Shown here piece by piece: positions 1-13,400 of a stretch of DNA of 64,000 bases. Position 1 is the first letter of the stretch; each line of letters opens with the position of its first letter. The DNA comes from Podarcis gaigeae (Eukaryota). The notes beneath the pieces are model-generated. The model was given only the letters and a program-made list of their open reading frames with translations, did no database searches and had not been told where the DNA came from. The DNA lies in the NCBI GenBank assembly GCA_964106915.2, contig OZ066915.1; one strand, given 5' to 3'. The position numbers were made by a program, and so were the translations under genes.

Positions 1-1475
1 TTATTACTGCATCCACCCCCACCCTTATTGAAAAGCTCTACCAACCTTCTTGTGAAAACTTTGGAACAGAAGTGTTCCATCATGTGTCTTCCTGGCCCTG
101 GGCCCAGCTCTCTAATCTTCCAAGATGTTCTTAAAATTGCTTCGAAGCAAAGAACAAAAGATGAAAGGAAATCAGGCAGTCCTACAGAAGTTGGTGCTAC
201 TGGCAAACTGGGCAGCGGCGACAGGGGAAGGCAGGCCACCCTAACCTCAGAGCACAAAGAACACGTCAACGCATACCGTTTCTGTTCATCGTAGATCAGA
301 TGGTGCAAGGTTATTTAGGACGAGAACACAGATTTGGATACTTGTAGATGTGTGGCAGCCATGGCAGCCAGCCTACAGTAGCTTGACGGAATGCAGTGCC
401 ATCATTCAAAGAAATTTGCATGGGGCCAAAGCCACCGACCGGAACTCTTCGTTGTGTCCTCACAGGTCACTTCTAGTTTATTCCTAGACCTGGCCAAAGG
501 TAGAATGGGTGACAAACAGGTCATGGTTATTTCCTGCAAGCCTTGAAGTACGTATGTCTCAGCTTATAGGCTTGCTTTTATGAGTTGTACCACTTGTAAG
601 CCAACATGATTGTGCCAAATGCATTTTAATTCAAACTGGGTAGCTTGCAAAGGCACATGTTTGTTTACACTTTAAATTTATGTTCTCTTCTTTCAGAGCT
701 ATATCCAATATGGCTTTGGCTTACTGCATATATCTTTGAACTGCTGATTTAAGATTCAGTGAGATGTGCCAGTTATTAATTTATGCTTGGTTGCAGTGAT
801 TAAAAATAAAATAAAAAGGCTAACATTACTGCCTCTGAAGAGGCACTGACAGCACCCACTTGGCCTTGTGCTGGGGTGTGTGTTGTGTAAAACTGATTCC
901 TGAGGCTAAAAGGCAAGTGTTCACTTCTTTAAAGGAGCCCTCCTCCCAGTTCCAGCCAAATATTGCCATTGGTAAGAATCTTCTTTTACTGAATTTCAAA
1001 TACTTTTCTCTTTATTGTCTTCCTGATGAACCCCTCCCAATTTATTTAGCAATGTCCCCCAGAACCTGATGCTTTCATTCAAATGTGGACCAGGCTTAGC
1101 TGGTCCCTTAGGTTAAAAAATAAACAAAACCCCCAAGTCATCAGAGGGTGATACCTTAATTAGGACCAACTAAAATGTCACAAAGTAGCGAGCAAGTTTT
1201 CCAGTTCTTAAATTTGACTGTATGTTAACCGGCACAGCATCTAGCAGCTCTAAAAGAGTACTGTAGGCATTATGCCGGCTTGATTATTATTATTTATTAA
1301 TTTTTTATCTCACCCTTCATCCGAGGAACACAGGGTGGTTCACAATATGAAAACACAAAAATGCATAACATAGAAAAACAAACAAAAACAATACTCCCCC
1401 AACAGTTTAAAAGGCCATAGATTGTTTAATTAGCCAAAGGCTTGGGAGATGAGGAACAGTTTTTCCTGGCAAAAC

Positions 1476-1850
1476 AGACTTGAGGAACAGTTGAAGGAGT
1501 TGGGAGACTGAGAAGGGATATAATAGCCACCTTCAAATATCTAAAGGGCTGTCACATGAAGGATGGAGCAAGTTTGTTTTCTCCTTCTCTGGAGGTTAGG
1601 ATCTGAACCAATGGATTCAAGTTACAAGAAAGGAGATTTCGACTAATCACTGGGAAGAACTTTCTGACAGTAACATCTGTTTGACAGTGGAGCAGATTCC
1701 CATGAGAAGTGGTGGACTCTCTCCTTCCTTGAAGGTTTTTTAGAGAGGTTGAATGGCCATCAGTCATGGATGATCTAGTTGAGATTCCTGCATTGCAAGG
1801 GGTTGGACTATATGGCCCCTGGGGTCTCTTCCAACTCTACAATTCTATGA
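1476..1850 (+). mobile_element. CR1 LINE 3' fragment
   Basis: CR1 ORF2-end/3' UTR text (ttcaaatatctaaagggctgtcac...aatggattcaagttacaagaaagg...ttccaactctacaattctatga); boundaries approximate. Confidence 0.8.
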
Positions 1851-4800
1851 TCTGGTCTACAACCACCCGTTAAAGAACCTTGCCCAAGAAGGGCAGCTGG
1901 CCAGTAATTAGATTTTCTGAATCCCGGACGTGCTTCTAAAGGAGTGGTCTTATCACTCCCTCCTTCAAGCAGGCAGGGACCACCCCTCCTCGTAAAGAGG
2001 CACCAGTCACCTCCCTAGCCTAGCCAGCCATCTCTTCCTTGCTAGTTTTTATCAGCCAAGAGGGGCAAGGGTCCAGAACACAAGCGGACATTAGACTTTT
2101 CCTCTGTGATCATCAGGCAAACTACAGTGTAGAAACTGGTTAGATAGGAGTACTTTGGTTGAAGTCCAATGTCATGTCCGTTGGACTATGTCCAAAAATT
2201 CCTGTTTCACTGATTAGGGCATTAGGCCTTTCATCAACTGCAACAGCCCCAATAAGCTGTAAAACTAGAATTTGGGACCCAAATATTATCTGCTTGTAAG
2301 GCATGTGGGGAACTGCTTTGCAGTTTGTGTATTGTGGTGCACAACAGTGCTTGCATTTCTACTAAGCTACATGTGCTGGCTCACGTGAGCTACAGGGAAG
2401 CTGTGCATGTGTGCTTATTGCACTCCAGGTATTTTGAGCAGGAAATGGTGTCTAGAAAACTAGGAAGTTAATGCCACTCTGCACATTAGTGCATAGCCAG
2501 TGATGAGTTGGAAGATGGCACTGCCCTTCCCACCGTGTCATTGCTGCAGCTTACCTGGGTGGGCTGGGCAGGGCAGGGCAGCCTTACGGTGAGGCTAGGG
2601 CTGTGCAGGTGTGCCAGGGGGAGGAAGGCATGTTGACTCTCAGCTTATGATTCCCAGTACCTTTCACACCGATAGGCAGAAGATCAGTAAGATATACAGT
2701 AAACAGAGTTTACTCAAGATCCATGCCAAAGCACTTTGTGAATGATCAAAGTCCTTCACTTCCAGTGTGGGAATTTTTTTTAGCACCAATCTTGTTTAGG
2801 AGTGTTTTGTACGAATGAACATCCTTATAAGATTGCTTCCGTGTTACAGATAGGGAATATGTAGAAAAGATGGAAAGAAAACAGTTCAGAATTATAAAGT
2901 AGCAAGGGTCTGAAGGAGTTTTTCACATAATGTTTCCCTCCCCCCCCCTCTCTCGTATGCATGTTATAATTCAGTGCGATGCCCTGTGCATAGACAAGTA
3001 GTATATATACCAGGAGTTTACACCTTTGGTGTGTTCAGAGAGATAAGAACAGTGTCATAGGATCGCTGCAAGCATACAGTTTCTTTCAAAAATAGAACCG
3101 AAGTTTATTCCATTATTCCATAATTAAAGACAACACACTAGGCCCATGGGAAATATCCCTTTAAAGACTGGCACCCAAGGCTATCAGACTAGTGCCATTT
3201 CAATAGCATAAGCAACTTCTGTTGAATGAGCTTCCTAATGGTAATGCTACTACAAATAAGCACCAGTCTTACTCTATACAGAAGTGTCTTCAGGTATAGG
3301 CATCAGAATAACTTATGGACCGAGTGACCATGGATACAGCAGCTCCCATAAACACAGCATTGCTTTATCCAGTTGCCTTGATTGACTCACCGCTATTATT
3401 AAGCAGCCACAGTTGCTCGATTCATACTGTATATTGTCTCTAAGCATGCTTTCACATGGATAATTAAGACAGCTTGCATGTAGAAAGAGACGTTTTGAGT
3501 GAACCGGGGCAAAGCTTCAAGCGATACTAAGCGCATGCCCAGACAGGATCCTTCCATGCTCCTAGCAGTGCAGGGCTGCCTGGCTCTACCATTAGGTAGA
3601 GTATGGAGGCTGCCTCAGGTGGCAGATTCTAGGGGGCTGGGATCAAGCTGAGGTAGTGGAGGGCAGAGCTCTGTGTACACTCCACACTGTTTATCCCATG
3701 TCCCCTAAACTAGCCTGTTGGCCTCTGATGCAGTGGAAGACCACTCAGTCTGCCAGGCTTTTATACATGGAAAGGAGTTAGGGTGACATCCTATTCTTTG
3801 CCATAGGCAGCAAAATGTCTTGTGCTACCCCTGTAGAGTGGGGCTGTGAAACATAATGGTGAAGAAAGTGAAACACTGCAGAGAGAATACTTGGGTTGTT
3901 CCCTCTGGTACTATTGTTCCGGAGATACTTGCCACATAGACAGTATAGTCCAAGATCTGTACAGCCTATGGCTATTCTGCTATAAAAGCCACCATGACTT
4001 GCAATAATCACCAGCTTCCTCTTCTGGGGTGATGGGAAGGGTGAAATGTGAAAAGATGACACAGCAAGAATGCCGGCCTCTCACGAGTTGGCAAGTCTCT
4101 TGCATCACTCCATGCTGATTCACAGCTGTCTGGCCATAGCACAAACATCTGGCAAAAAAATTGCAGCGTGGCTCATTTTCTAGATGGGGCTCTGTGGTTT
4201 TAAAAATATGCAAGCTTCACTTTCTGAATGTATCCAGACAATTGATTGGGCACCTGGGTGCCTGGATCCAAGTCTTCAGAGGATTCATAAAATCTAAAGG
4301 CTTATCCCAAGGTTACAAAATGAATCCATGGCTCAGTGTGAAGTTGCTAGTTTTAGAAAATCCTATTTATTATAGATCATCAGTACATTGCTCTGTTTTA
4401 TTTAGGGATGTTATAAATAAAAGTGCCAAGGCACTCTGGTTTTGGGGCTAGGTATGCTGTTTGGGTGCCTGGGTAAGGGGAATTGCTCAGGGATTTGGAA
4501 CCAGGAGCTTGAAAATTCTGACCTGGTTCAGATGTTCATATTCTGGTCCTTTAAAACTTTCATTTGGGGAATTAGGAATGTGGTGCAGGCTCTTCCTGTC
4601 TCTCCTGCAAATGTCAACTCTCCTCTCCCGTCCGTGTTTTCTCTAACTTTAGTTTATCATGCTATCCAAATGGGATGAATCATGGTCAGTACTAATCAGG
4701 ATTGCCTTCAACCTATGGTCTGGAAGGAATGTGCTAACCATAGTTTAAATAATGGTCAGAGGAAACCAGGAAAGGGAAGAGCAAATCAACAGGCGAGGGT

Positions 4801-6044
4801 CCACCACGCGATACCAGACCATATTTTGGAATAATGGAACGTGACATTTGAAACAAGCCTGTCTCTAAGTTGTTGGTTGCTTGGTAGTTTGCCAGCTCAT
4901 ATCCAGTCTTCCTCTAAAGGGCCCACATCTTTGTATACTTCTTCTCTGTGGTACATCCCTTGCTCAATAATTGGCAGAAAACACTGAAGGGCATCAGCAG
5001 GCATTCTGTGGCACTGTCCCCACCATATTCACATGGCCCTTTTCTCCTAGAGTTGATGTGAGAGTGGAAGAAGAATTGGCATGCCTCTTAATCATTAATT
5101 TTTCTTCTATTGACTGTTGGAGGATAGGTGGGGAAGGAATCATAGTCTGTGATGGATAATGTGTCAACAGAAGTCAATAAATATATTGGGAGACATAAAT
5201 TGTGTGTGTGTGTGTTGCTCTTCTGAAATGGGGAGAGGGACAGCCAAAAAACTTCACAACAGGCCTATACTCATAGGGCTCATCCACACTTTTGCTTGAC
5301 CTGTATTTTGATCATGTCTTGTGTATTAATTAATTCCCGCAGGTCCGAGAGCTTTTCTTGTTGTCCATGGCTGTGCTTTGTGAAACCTTGCCTGCTGAAT
5401 TGAAGGTTCATTAAGTAAAATATCTCTCTAGATTTTCCATGCATCTGATAAGACCTGATTCAGCAGGTAAGGTCAGATTTCCACAAGGCACAGCTGTGGA
5501 ACAATCGGAAGAAATCGGAGTCAAGGGAATTAATTGGCGCACGATATGATCAAAATGCAGGTCAGGCGAAAGTGTGGCTGAGCCAGCAATGAAATTTATT
5601 GATAAAGGAGTGGATTTAGGCTTAGTCATCTTGCAGGAGATCTATTTGAACCAATGGGATTTAAGATGGTCAAGACTAACAATAGGTTACTCCAGGGATA
5701 GCTAATCTATGGCTTTCCAGATGTAGTTAGACTCCAACTGTCATCAGCCAGCATGGGTATTGGTCAGGAAAGAGGGGAAGTGGAGTCCATGAGTGAAGAT
5801 GAGCGGGGAATCATTCTCCAACAGAATGTAATGGGCAGGCACTGTGTTTTGAACTGAATAAATTCGTCAGTGAACTAAAGAAAGCAAATGGAGAACGTTT
5901 TATCCTCTTGCATGATGAGAGGATGACTGCTATAAAAGGGTTGTGCAGCAAGCTTACAGTGAACACAAGAAAGCAGCTGTAACACAGCACGAAGCTGAAC
6001 TGTGTGGATTTCGTGTTCACTCACAGTACCAGTATCAGAGTTCA

Positions 6045-6178
6045 AAAAATGACTACTCACTCTTAATCTTAGGGTCGCAGGTTTCAGCCCCATGTTGGGC
6101 AAAAAGACTTCTGCTTTGCAGGGGGTTGGACTAGATGACGTTCATCATCCCTTCCAACTCTAAATTCTATGATTCTAT
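6045..6178 (+). mobile_element. tRNA(Lys)-like SINE with CR1-type 3' tail, degenerate
   Basis: actcttaatcttagggtcgcaggtttcagccccatgttgggc (tRNA-Lys-like anticodon/T arm) joined to gggggttggactagatgac...ccttccaactct...attctatgattcta. Confidence 0.7.
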
Positions 6179-7416
6179 AAAAAGCTCTTAAAAGGTACAC
6201 ATTTAATTGAAGAGAGATGTTCTAGTAAGCTAGTAGCTCTGCTCTTAAGCCAACGTCCCATGATATCTCACTGACTTCTTTAATAGATGCTGTTTTATCA
6301 GATATGTATTTGTGGAATAAGGGCAATATGTGCTATGCACAATATTCATGGGCACAGACACAAGTACAACCCCATGCCCCTATGCACATTGGCTGGTAGC
6401 ATGTACATACTAACCAGTCTGTAGCACAAAAATGTAGTTTTTTCTCAATGTGGAATCATTGTGCTTGTTTGTCCTCAGAATGTTGCTTTCCATCTAGATG
6501 GATTCTAGATCCTGCTGTCCGCAAGGATGGGTGTGTTTACTGGATGCACGTTTGAAAACCCTTCCCTTGGTGAGCTTAGATGTACCTTTTCCTCCCTGCC
6601 CATGCCCCAGGTGAATGAAGGAGGAAGTGGTGATTGTGAATGCATCCGCACCCACCCACCATGCCATTGTGCAAGTGTGGATAGACACACACACCCCATT
6701 GCCAGGACCGCCTACATCCGTTTCCACCTATTTCCAAATGAACACACTGTGAGGTTATGAATCTGCAATGAGCTTTTATTTTCAGAATGAAACCAGTTTC
6801 TCAAGAAGCACTTGTCACAGGCAAAAAGATATGCAGTAGTTCTAGATTGTGGTGTGGACTTAGTAGAAAAACAAGTACAGTACTCAGTCTCCAGTGATTC
6901 CAGAATAAAATGTTAGGTGTATACAACCATTCTGAATACAACAACCAGGCTTCTGTAGTCAGAACAATATTGTGTTTGTTTGGATGGGGGGGGGGCGGCA
7001 CGTGAAATTGAAACACTGAGTAAAGGAGAAGCTTTAATTCTGTCTTGTCTCTTCTGGCGAGTGTGGATGTGAATCTTTCAATTTTTTATTTCTCTCTGTT
7101 TCTCAGTTTCCCAATCTTAAATTCAGTTCTCCACGTTTGTTTGTTTTTTAAAAATTCTCATGGAAGATTCAGCAGCATTTTAGCGCAAAGTTATTCTATT
7201 ATACAGATTTTTGCAAGCCATTTCCCCCTAATGTAAAGCGCTTTTGTATGTTATTTTCACCAAGGTATTCATTTTTATGTACGCTTGCCCCCAAATACCT
7301 GTTTTTCTACACCCTGTTGGACTGGAGAACTGCATCACAAAGTTTGGTTCAGTGCAAACTTCAAGAGATAACTGTGTTTTGGTTTGCATATTGCTTTGAA
7401 AAGTGCAAATTAGGTA

Positions 7417-7834
7417 CCGTATTTTTCGCCCTATAGGACACACTTTCCCCCCTCCAAAAATGAAGGGGAAATGTGTGTGCATCCTATGGGGTGAATGCAG
7501 GCTTCAGGAAGCTATCCGCTAGCCGTGGGAGACGCAGCTCTCCCACGGCTAGCGGAGACCTTGCCGGCACCCAGAAGCTTGGGGCGCGCTGGGCTCAGCA
7601 CGCCCCAAGCTTTGCGCAGCGTTCTGCTAACCGTGGGAGAGCCGCGCGAAGTCGTGCGGCTCTCCCACGGCTAGCGGATAGCAGCCTGTTCTGGGGGCTG
7701 GGGTCGGGGGAAGCTCGGGCTTCCCCCACCCCAGCCCCACACCTGGAGGGGAAATATTTTTTCCCCTTTATTTCTTCCCCAAAAAACTAGGTGCGTCCAA
7801 TGGGCCGGTGCGTCCTATGGGGCGAAAAATATGG
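7417..7834. mobile_element. pogo/Tigger-like (Tc1/mariner superfamily) MITE, GC/CpG-rich, nested in an older repeat
   Basis: TA|CCGTATTTTTCGCCCTATAGGAC...GTCCTATGGGGCGAAAAATATGG|TA terminal inverted repeats with TA TSD; related to 33351-33612. Confidence 0.85.
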
Positions 7835-8299
7835 TAATTCTTCCTTCAAATGCACACAAACCCAAATTTATCCCTTGTCTTGGAACTATCTAACACTTTA
7901 TCTAGCCTTTGCCTGCTCTTCCTTCCCAGTAGCATATAATCCTTAAGGACAGGCTGTTGTCATTTCAGAGCTTTCTGAGCTGCAGAACATGGTTTGCTTT
8001 CATGATGTCTGTGTGCTGCCCCATCCTCCTCTCAGACATGACCAAGCAAATATTTCTGGCAGCATCAGCATTTTCTCCAGCTCTGTGGTAGAGTCAGCAA
8101 AATCTTAACTTGATTGAGGGAGCTGGAAAGACCTAAAACTGTATCACCAACTTTCTGGAAAGCACTTTTGCTGAAAGACGCAAAGGAAGTAAGAGCAGAG
8201 AGGATCTGACAGTCTAGACATGTGAGGGGTCAGTCATCACTGGGTCATTCCCTCTACCTCTAACAAGGTTTATCCAAGGCAATGTACCAAAAGTGAGCC

Positions 8300-8580
8300 A
8301 TATGGGTTGGGCCAGATCTTGAAGGTCATCTAGGCAATGCAACATCTGCCACAGGGAATGTAACGTCAGCATCCCTCAGACATGACTGTCCAGCCTCTGC
8401 TTAAATGCCTCCAGGGAAAGAGGACCCATCACCTCCAGAGGTAGTCTACCCCATTTCAACTAGCTTTTCCTGTTAGGAACGGTCTGCTAAAGTTATCCTG
8501 AAATTCTATTTTATTCCTGCCCTCTGGAGCAACAGAGAACAAGTCAGCTCCATCTTCTGTATGACCTCCCTTCAGATGGA
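8300..8580 (-). mobile_element. CR1 LINE 3' fragment, degenerate
   Basis: Reverse-complement similarity to the CR1 copy at 1476-1850 (tccagcctctgcttaaatgcctccagg..., ctccatcttctgtatgac). Confidence 0.65.
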
Positions 8581-10264
8581 CCTATTGTTCTAACTTTCAT
8601 GCTCTGAAGCTTCATTTCCTGGCTGGCATAGCCAACAGATATTATCTAGGTGGGACCGCTTTCATTCATTCGTTCCATCCTGCTTTGAACTCTGTTATAT
8701 CACTTGATGTTGCAGACTCTGCCAGTTTCCCATGGGGTCGTGGTAGTGCTCTCTTCTTTCCTCACTACAATTGCCTCTTTATTTACCCTCCCCTTTGCCT
8801 TGAATGTGTGCCTTTGACTCCTGGCAGATGTACAACAAGGGATTCTGTGTGCTTGGTGTTAAAACTAAAATTCTGTTCCCAGACATTCTAAATTCTGAAG
8901 CCTGTAAATCACACCAATTTGCATCTTCGGTGACTTAATTTTTTTTTTTAAAAAATATATTCCGGTTATGAAACCCCACCCCAACTACTTGAAATCATAC
9001 TCTCCTTCCAACACTTCAGCAGGCATTGCCTACTTACATTCAGGTATATCTTTGTGTCCACAAGGGCTGGAACTACCCTCCTCAAAATGACAGATTCTCA
9101 GGAAGAGCAATGCAACGGATGCCCCATTCTGTGCTTTTCCGGCGGCTGTGCGCATGTTGCAATCTGTGGGAACCCAAAAAAAGCCCAGAATGTGGCACTC
9201 AGTGCAAAATTCGGCTTCCTGAGAATTACAGCTTTCATTGCGAAAAAGGAAGTTTCTTTTTTAAGAACTGGCTGAGAGCAGACGCAGGTGGAATTGGCTT
9301 TGGTTTGTCAGGTGGTGAATGTGAGTGCTTAATGAGTTTCCAGTTTTTGCTGCTGCTTTTTATCTGCTTTACACTCCTCGGCTTGTTGGCTCCTGCTGGT
9401 GTCTGAGTTAATAGAAGTGTATGTGGGACCTGTACACCACTGGTAGTATTTTGGGCAGGGCAGGGCACAGGGAGAGTGTGATGGTGGGCCTCTGGTGAGC
9501 TTGTTAAGGGGGAGGGAATTTAGGCAGCTTTCTGCTATCTTCCCTTTCGGTTCATCCTCCAGTCTGAGAGAACCTGGTTGGTATGCCAGCAACCTGCCAG
9601 GTCCTTTGGTAGTGTTTCTGAATGTCAGGACCTGTGGCCAGGAAAACAAATGTCTGCCTTCCAGGCTTTGATTTGGGAGGAACACCTTGACCTGGCTGGT
9701 ATGACTGAGACCTTTTCGGATTAACCCAACTGTGGTTTATTGGTGAAGCAACAGCAACATTGGCTCAGCGAGCAGGTAGAGTTGAAGTAATCTCTTGTGG
9801 TGTCATCCCTCCTTGTTGCTCAGCTGTCTTCCCATTTTGAGTGTCTAGTGGGTTATCAGGAGAGGCAAGGAGTTCTGCTGGTAGGGTTCCATTCATGCCA
9901 CTATCTAAGAGTCTCTCTGCTGAGCTGCTGGTCTCAAGGGTGGCCCAGATATATATTTCTGGGGGATTCCAATGTACATCTTTGATGGTGAGGAAAACTC
10001 ATTTCTTTGCCACCAGGCATATCTACATAGTGTTACCCAGCAGAGGTCCTCCCCCCTCAAGAAGCAGAAGGCTTTCAGCAATCTGGGCTGCAAAAGGGGT
10101 TGGTGAAACCTGTGATAGCCCAGTGTAACTATTTGCCAAACACATCACCGACGAATTCACCCTGATATGAGACCGAATTGGTCTTGGTTTCCCTAGTGGA
10201 TGAGGGGCCTGTGAGTCTGTTGGCTCTTTTGGTTATCAGTGGTGTTCAGCACGATCAATTATGG

Positions 10265-10400
10265 CAGGCATAGGCAAACTCGGCCCTCTAGATGTTTTGG
10301 GACTACAACTCCCATTATCCCTAGCTAACAAGACCAGTGGTCAGGGATGATGGGAAGTGTAGTCTCAAAACATCTGGAGGGTCGAGTTTGCCTATGCCTG
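10265..10400. mobile_element. 136-bp palindromic hAT-type MITE
   Basis: CAGGCATAGGCAAACTCG...CGAGTTTGCCTATGCCTG; perfect 8-bp TSD AATTATGG (10257-10264 / 10401-10408). Confidence 0.92.
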
Positions 10401-13400
10401 AATTATGGTATCCTTTTGGGACTCCTTGGTGGACTTGGGGCATTGGACCATCTGTCTCCCAGCGGGTTAAATGCATAGAGATACGAAATAACATGGCAGT
10501 GGGATTGATCTACAGAACCCTACAGCATGTTACCTAAAGTGTGTGTTTCTCCTCCAGCTGCTATCTTCTGGCAAAGGAGCAAAACTGGTCAGCCCCTGCA
10601 CCTCAGCCAGATGTTCCAGACAGTGTGATAAGACTTAAGAGTGTTGGGGGTGGGGATGGAGAGGGAAGCATTCCCCCTCTCTGTCTGTAAAGATTGATTC
10701 TGCCAGCTAAATCCATCTTTTTTCCATAATCAGGGCCAGAAGCCAGATTGAAAAGGATCAAGGAAAGAGCTGATACCGTACTTCCCACCCCCTCTTCCTC
10801 ACTTTTAAGAGAACAGTAGACTCTGCTTTATTTCTCTCTCAGCCTCTAAAATAGCTTTTTAAAAATGCTTTGGATTTATGGAATGGATGCGGTCATCACA
10901 CCAAACCCAGGAACAAGGGAAATAATTGCAATGTGAACAAAGTTCCTATGGCATTCCAACAAATACAGGTGTTTCCTGGCTCTCCTTGCCCATGTCTGTG
11001 ACCCCAGGAATGCCTGCATGCGTCTAAATTTGTCACTGCAAGATTATTGTTCATCTAGGCTAAATGCAAAACCTGAAGGCCCTTGACGGACGGCGCAGCC
11101 ACCTTCTTGCTGCGCTCCAGGCAGTGTTCTCATTTTGCCGCAGAAACAATTGCTCACATCCCAGCACTCCCTGAGCAGCTTCTGCCAGTCTGAGTTACTT
11201 TTCATTTTGTTATCGCCCTAAACACTCCCCAGCTTGTCAGCTACCTATTACCTGCACTGCACGGCCATCAACAGCCGCCTCCTTGACCTTGGTAATCTGT
11301 GGGCTCTAGGAGATAAATATGTCCCGGCATTGTGAACTATGAGCCTTGTGGTGGTTGGGGAGGGGGCGGGCTGAACTCTCCCTCCTAGTTCTGCACGGGA
11401 GGAAAAGGATTGAGGAAAATGGAGTGCGTGGTTTTCTTCTTGAGGGGTTAGCAAGATTTCACGCTCTTGAAAATGCAGCTTGAAAAACGTGATGATAGGC
11501 AGTGGAAGCTTAATCCTGGGGCTAGTTGCACCGTTTCACGGAGAGGTTTGTGGCTGGCTGTTATACAAAGCTTATACTTATTTAACTGAGGAAGAACTGG
11601 GTCAAAAGCAGTGTTCTGGCTTTGCTTCCCACCTGCCTGCTGAAGTAAATGCATTCAGCACCTAGGGCAGGGAGTCCTGAAATCAAAGATGCAATGTGCT
11701 GGCTACATTAATGGGAGCTAATGGTACCAGCAGAATCTCTGCACTAGCTTTTAAAAATCATTGTTTCTAGTCCTCCCTGTTAAACTACTTCTGGACAAAA
11801 ACAGGTTTGGGGGACATGGGAGAGGAGAGGGAAGGACCATGACTTAGCACTGCTTTGGACCCAACCCATCCTGTTTCCTTTGCACTGAAGGGAACAAGGT
11901 GGAACAAAGTAACCACAATGTAATTGGAGAAATTACAACAAGTTATGTAATTTTTCCTAAGTAGACAGCAAGACGAATAAGTTCATTTTTGGTGGAAGAT
12001 GAACTGCAGCAGCATTGAAATAGTGCTGTGTGTGACACATAGTGGGTTGGAATGGAAAATGATGTCTTCTTCCATCCTGGTGAGGCCTATTGCCTCAACA
12101 GTGAAGGTAGAACAAGAGCCATCAGGTAGCTCCTGATAGCCGTATCATCCATCTATTTGTCTAGTTGTCTTTTAAAGCCATCCAAGCTGTTGGCTATCAC
12201 TACGCCTTTTACTACATCCTTTTAACTAAGAAGCAAAACCTCCCAAATTGAATAAAGACCCAGTCAGGAAAACGAGTAAACTTGATCTTTTTTTGCCAGT
12301 TTTATCTGTGGTTTGGCTCCCCCTTGGGACATGATAGCAGCTTCATTCGTAACAATCTGTATCAGGAAGATAAATGGGATGAACTCTTAAGCTTTTGGGG
12401 TGGGGTAGGCAGGCAGGAAGAAGGAAAGGATGCGAAGCCACAAGCATCAGTCTTCCGCTTCTGAATCATTCATGTAGCTCAGTTTCTCAGCATCGCATAC
12501 TGTAGTCCTATTAAAATAACAGAAGCGGAGCCTGGGATGGCCCTGTTTTGCAGGGTAGCAGTCAAAAAGATCTAGCTAGCAGCCAACATGTTGGAAACTA
12601 ATTGGCACGCATGGTTAATTGGGTCTGATGATACTTTCTGAAAGCAACTGTAGCAACCCCTTAGCGTAGTTTCTGTGCCTGCTGCAGATGGGGGAAGGTG
12701 GTGATACTGCCTTTCTTTTGGGAACTGATATAATTAACTGCGCTATAGATGACAAACAGGTAGTGGGGTTGTCTCCTGGTTCTTGTTGAAGAACAATGCC
12801 ACACCTGCTTGACATTAAACCAGCCTGTGCATTCCGCTTGGCTGGTAGTTTTATTAGCTGTGCCAAAGATGTTATCTGAAATGAAGCATAAGAGCTCAAA
12901 GCACTGATGGCACATTTTTAAGCACAGCTTTTATTTCCTTACGTTGGCGTTGTCCCTACGAAACTTTTGACATGGTTTCCGAGAGTCCCTCTGCTCTCCT
13001 TCTCCATGTGTTCAGTACCTAAGCTGTGTACACATCATCAGCTTTAAACAGAGCTAGGTCATTCATTTTCTCATTCAAAGCTGGTTTGGGTAAAAGGACA
13101 TCAGAACATAGCGTTTCCTAAGAAACAAGTTAGATACAGGATAAATATGGATTGTGACCAATGTTGTGTGTACACTGCTTTTCAAACCAGCAGCAAGAAC
13201 TCGCTGGATGCAGAGTAAACAACAGTCTATCCTATTTGGGGTCTCATCTACCCAAGAGATGTTTTGCAGTGCGCTACTTCAAAGGCATTTGAATTGGGAG
13301 TTACTTCCACCAGCCCCATCCGCCTCTTTTAATTTGTTCCAGAGAACTTCGTAACTAACACCATCTCTCATCGCAGCCCATTCCAACACCCAGCAAAAAT

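Noticed and set aside
28-480. 88-aa ORF and moderately CpG-containing stretch at the left edge
   Set aside because: No recognisable protein or TE motif and no convincing splice signals; cannot be supported
7473-7790. 105-aa GC-rich ORF that looks like a CpG-island first exon
   Set aside because: Lies wholly within a TA-flanked MITE; a related ORF start recurs in the copy at 33351-33612
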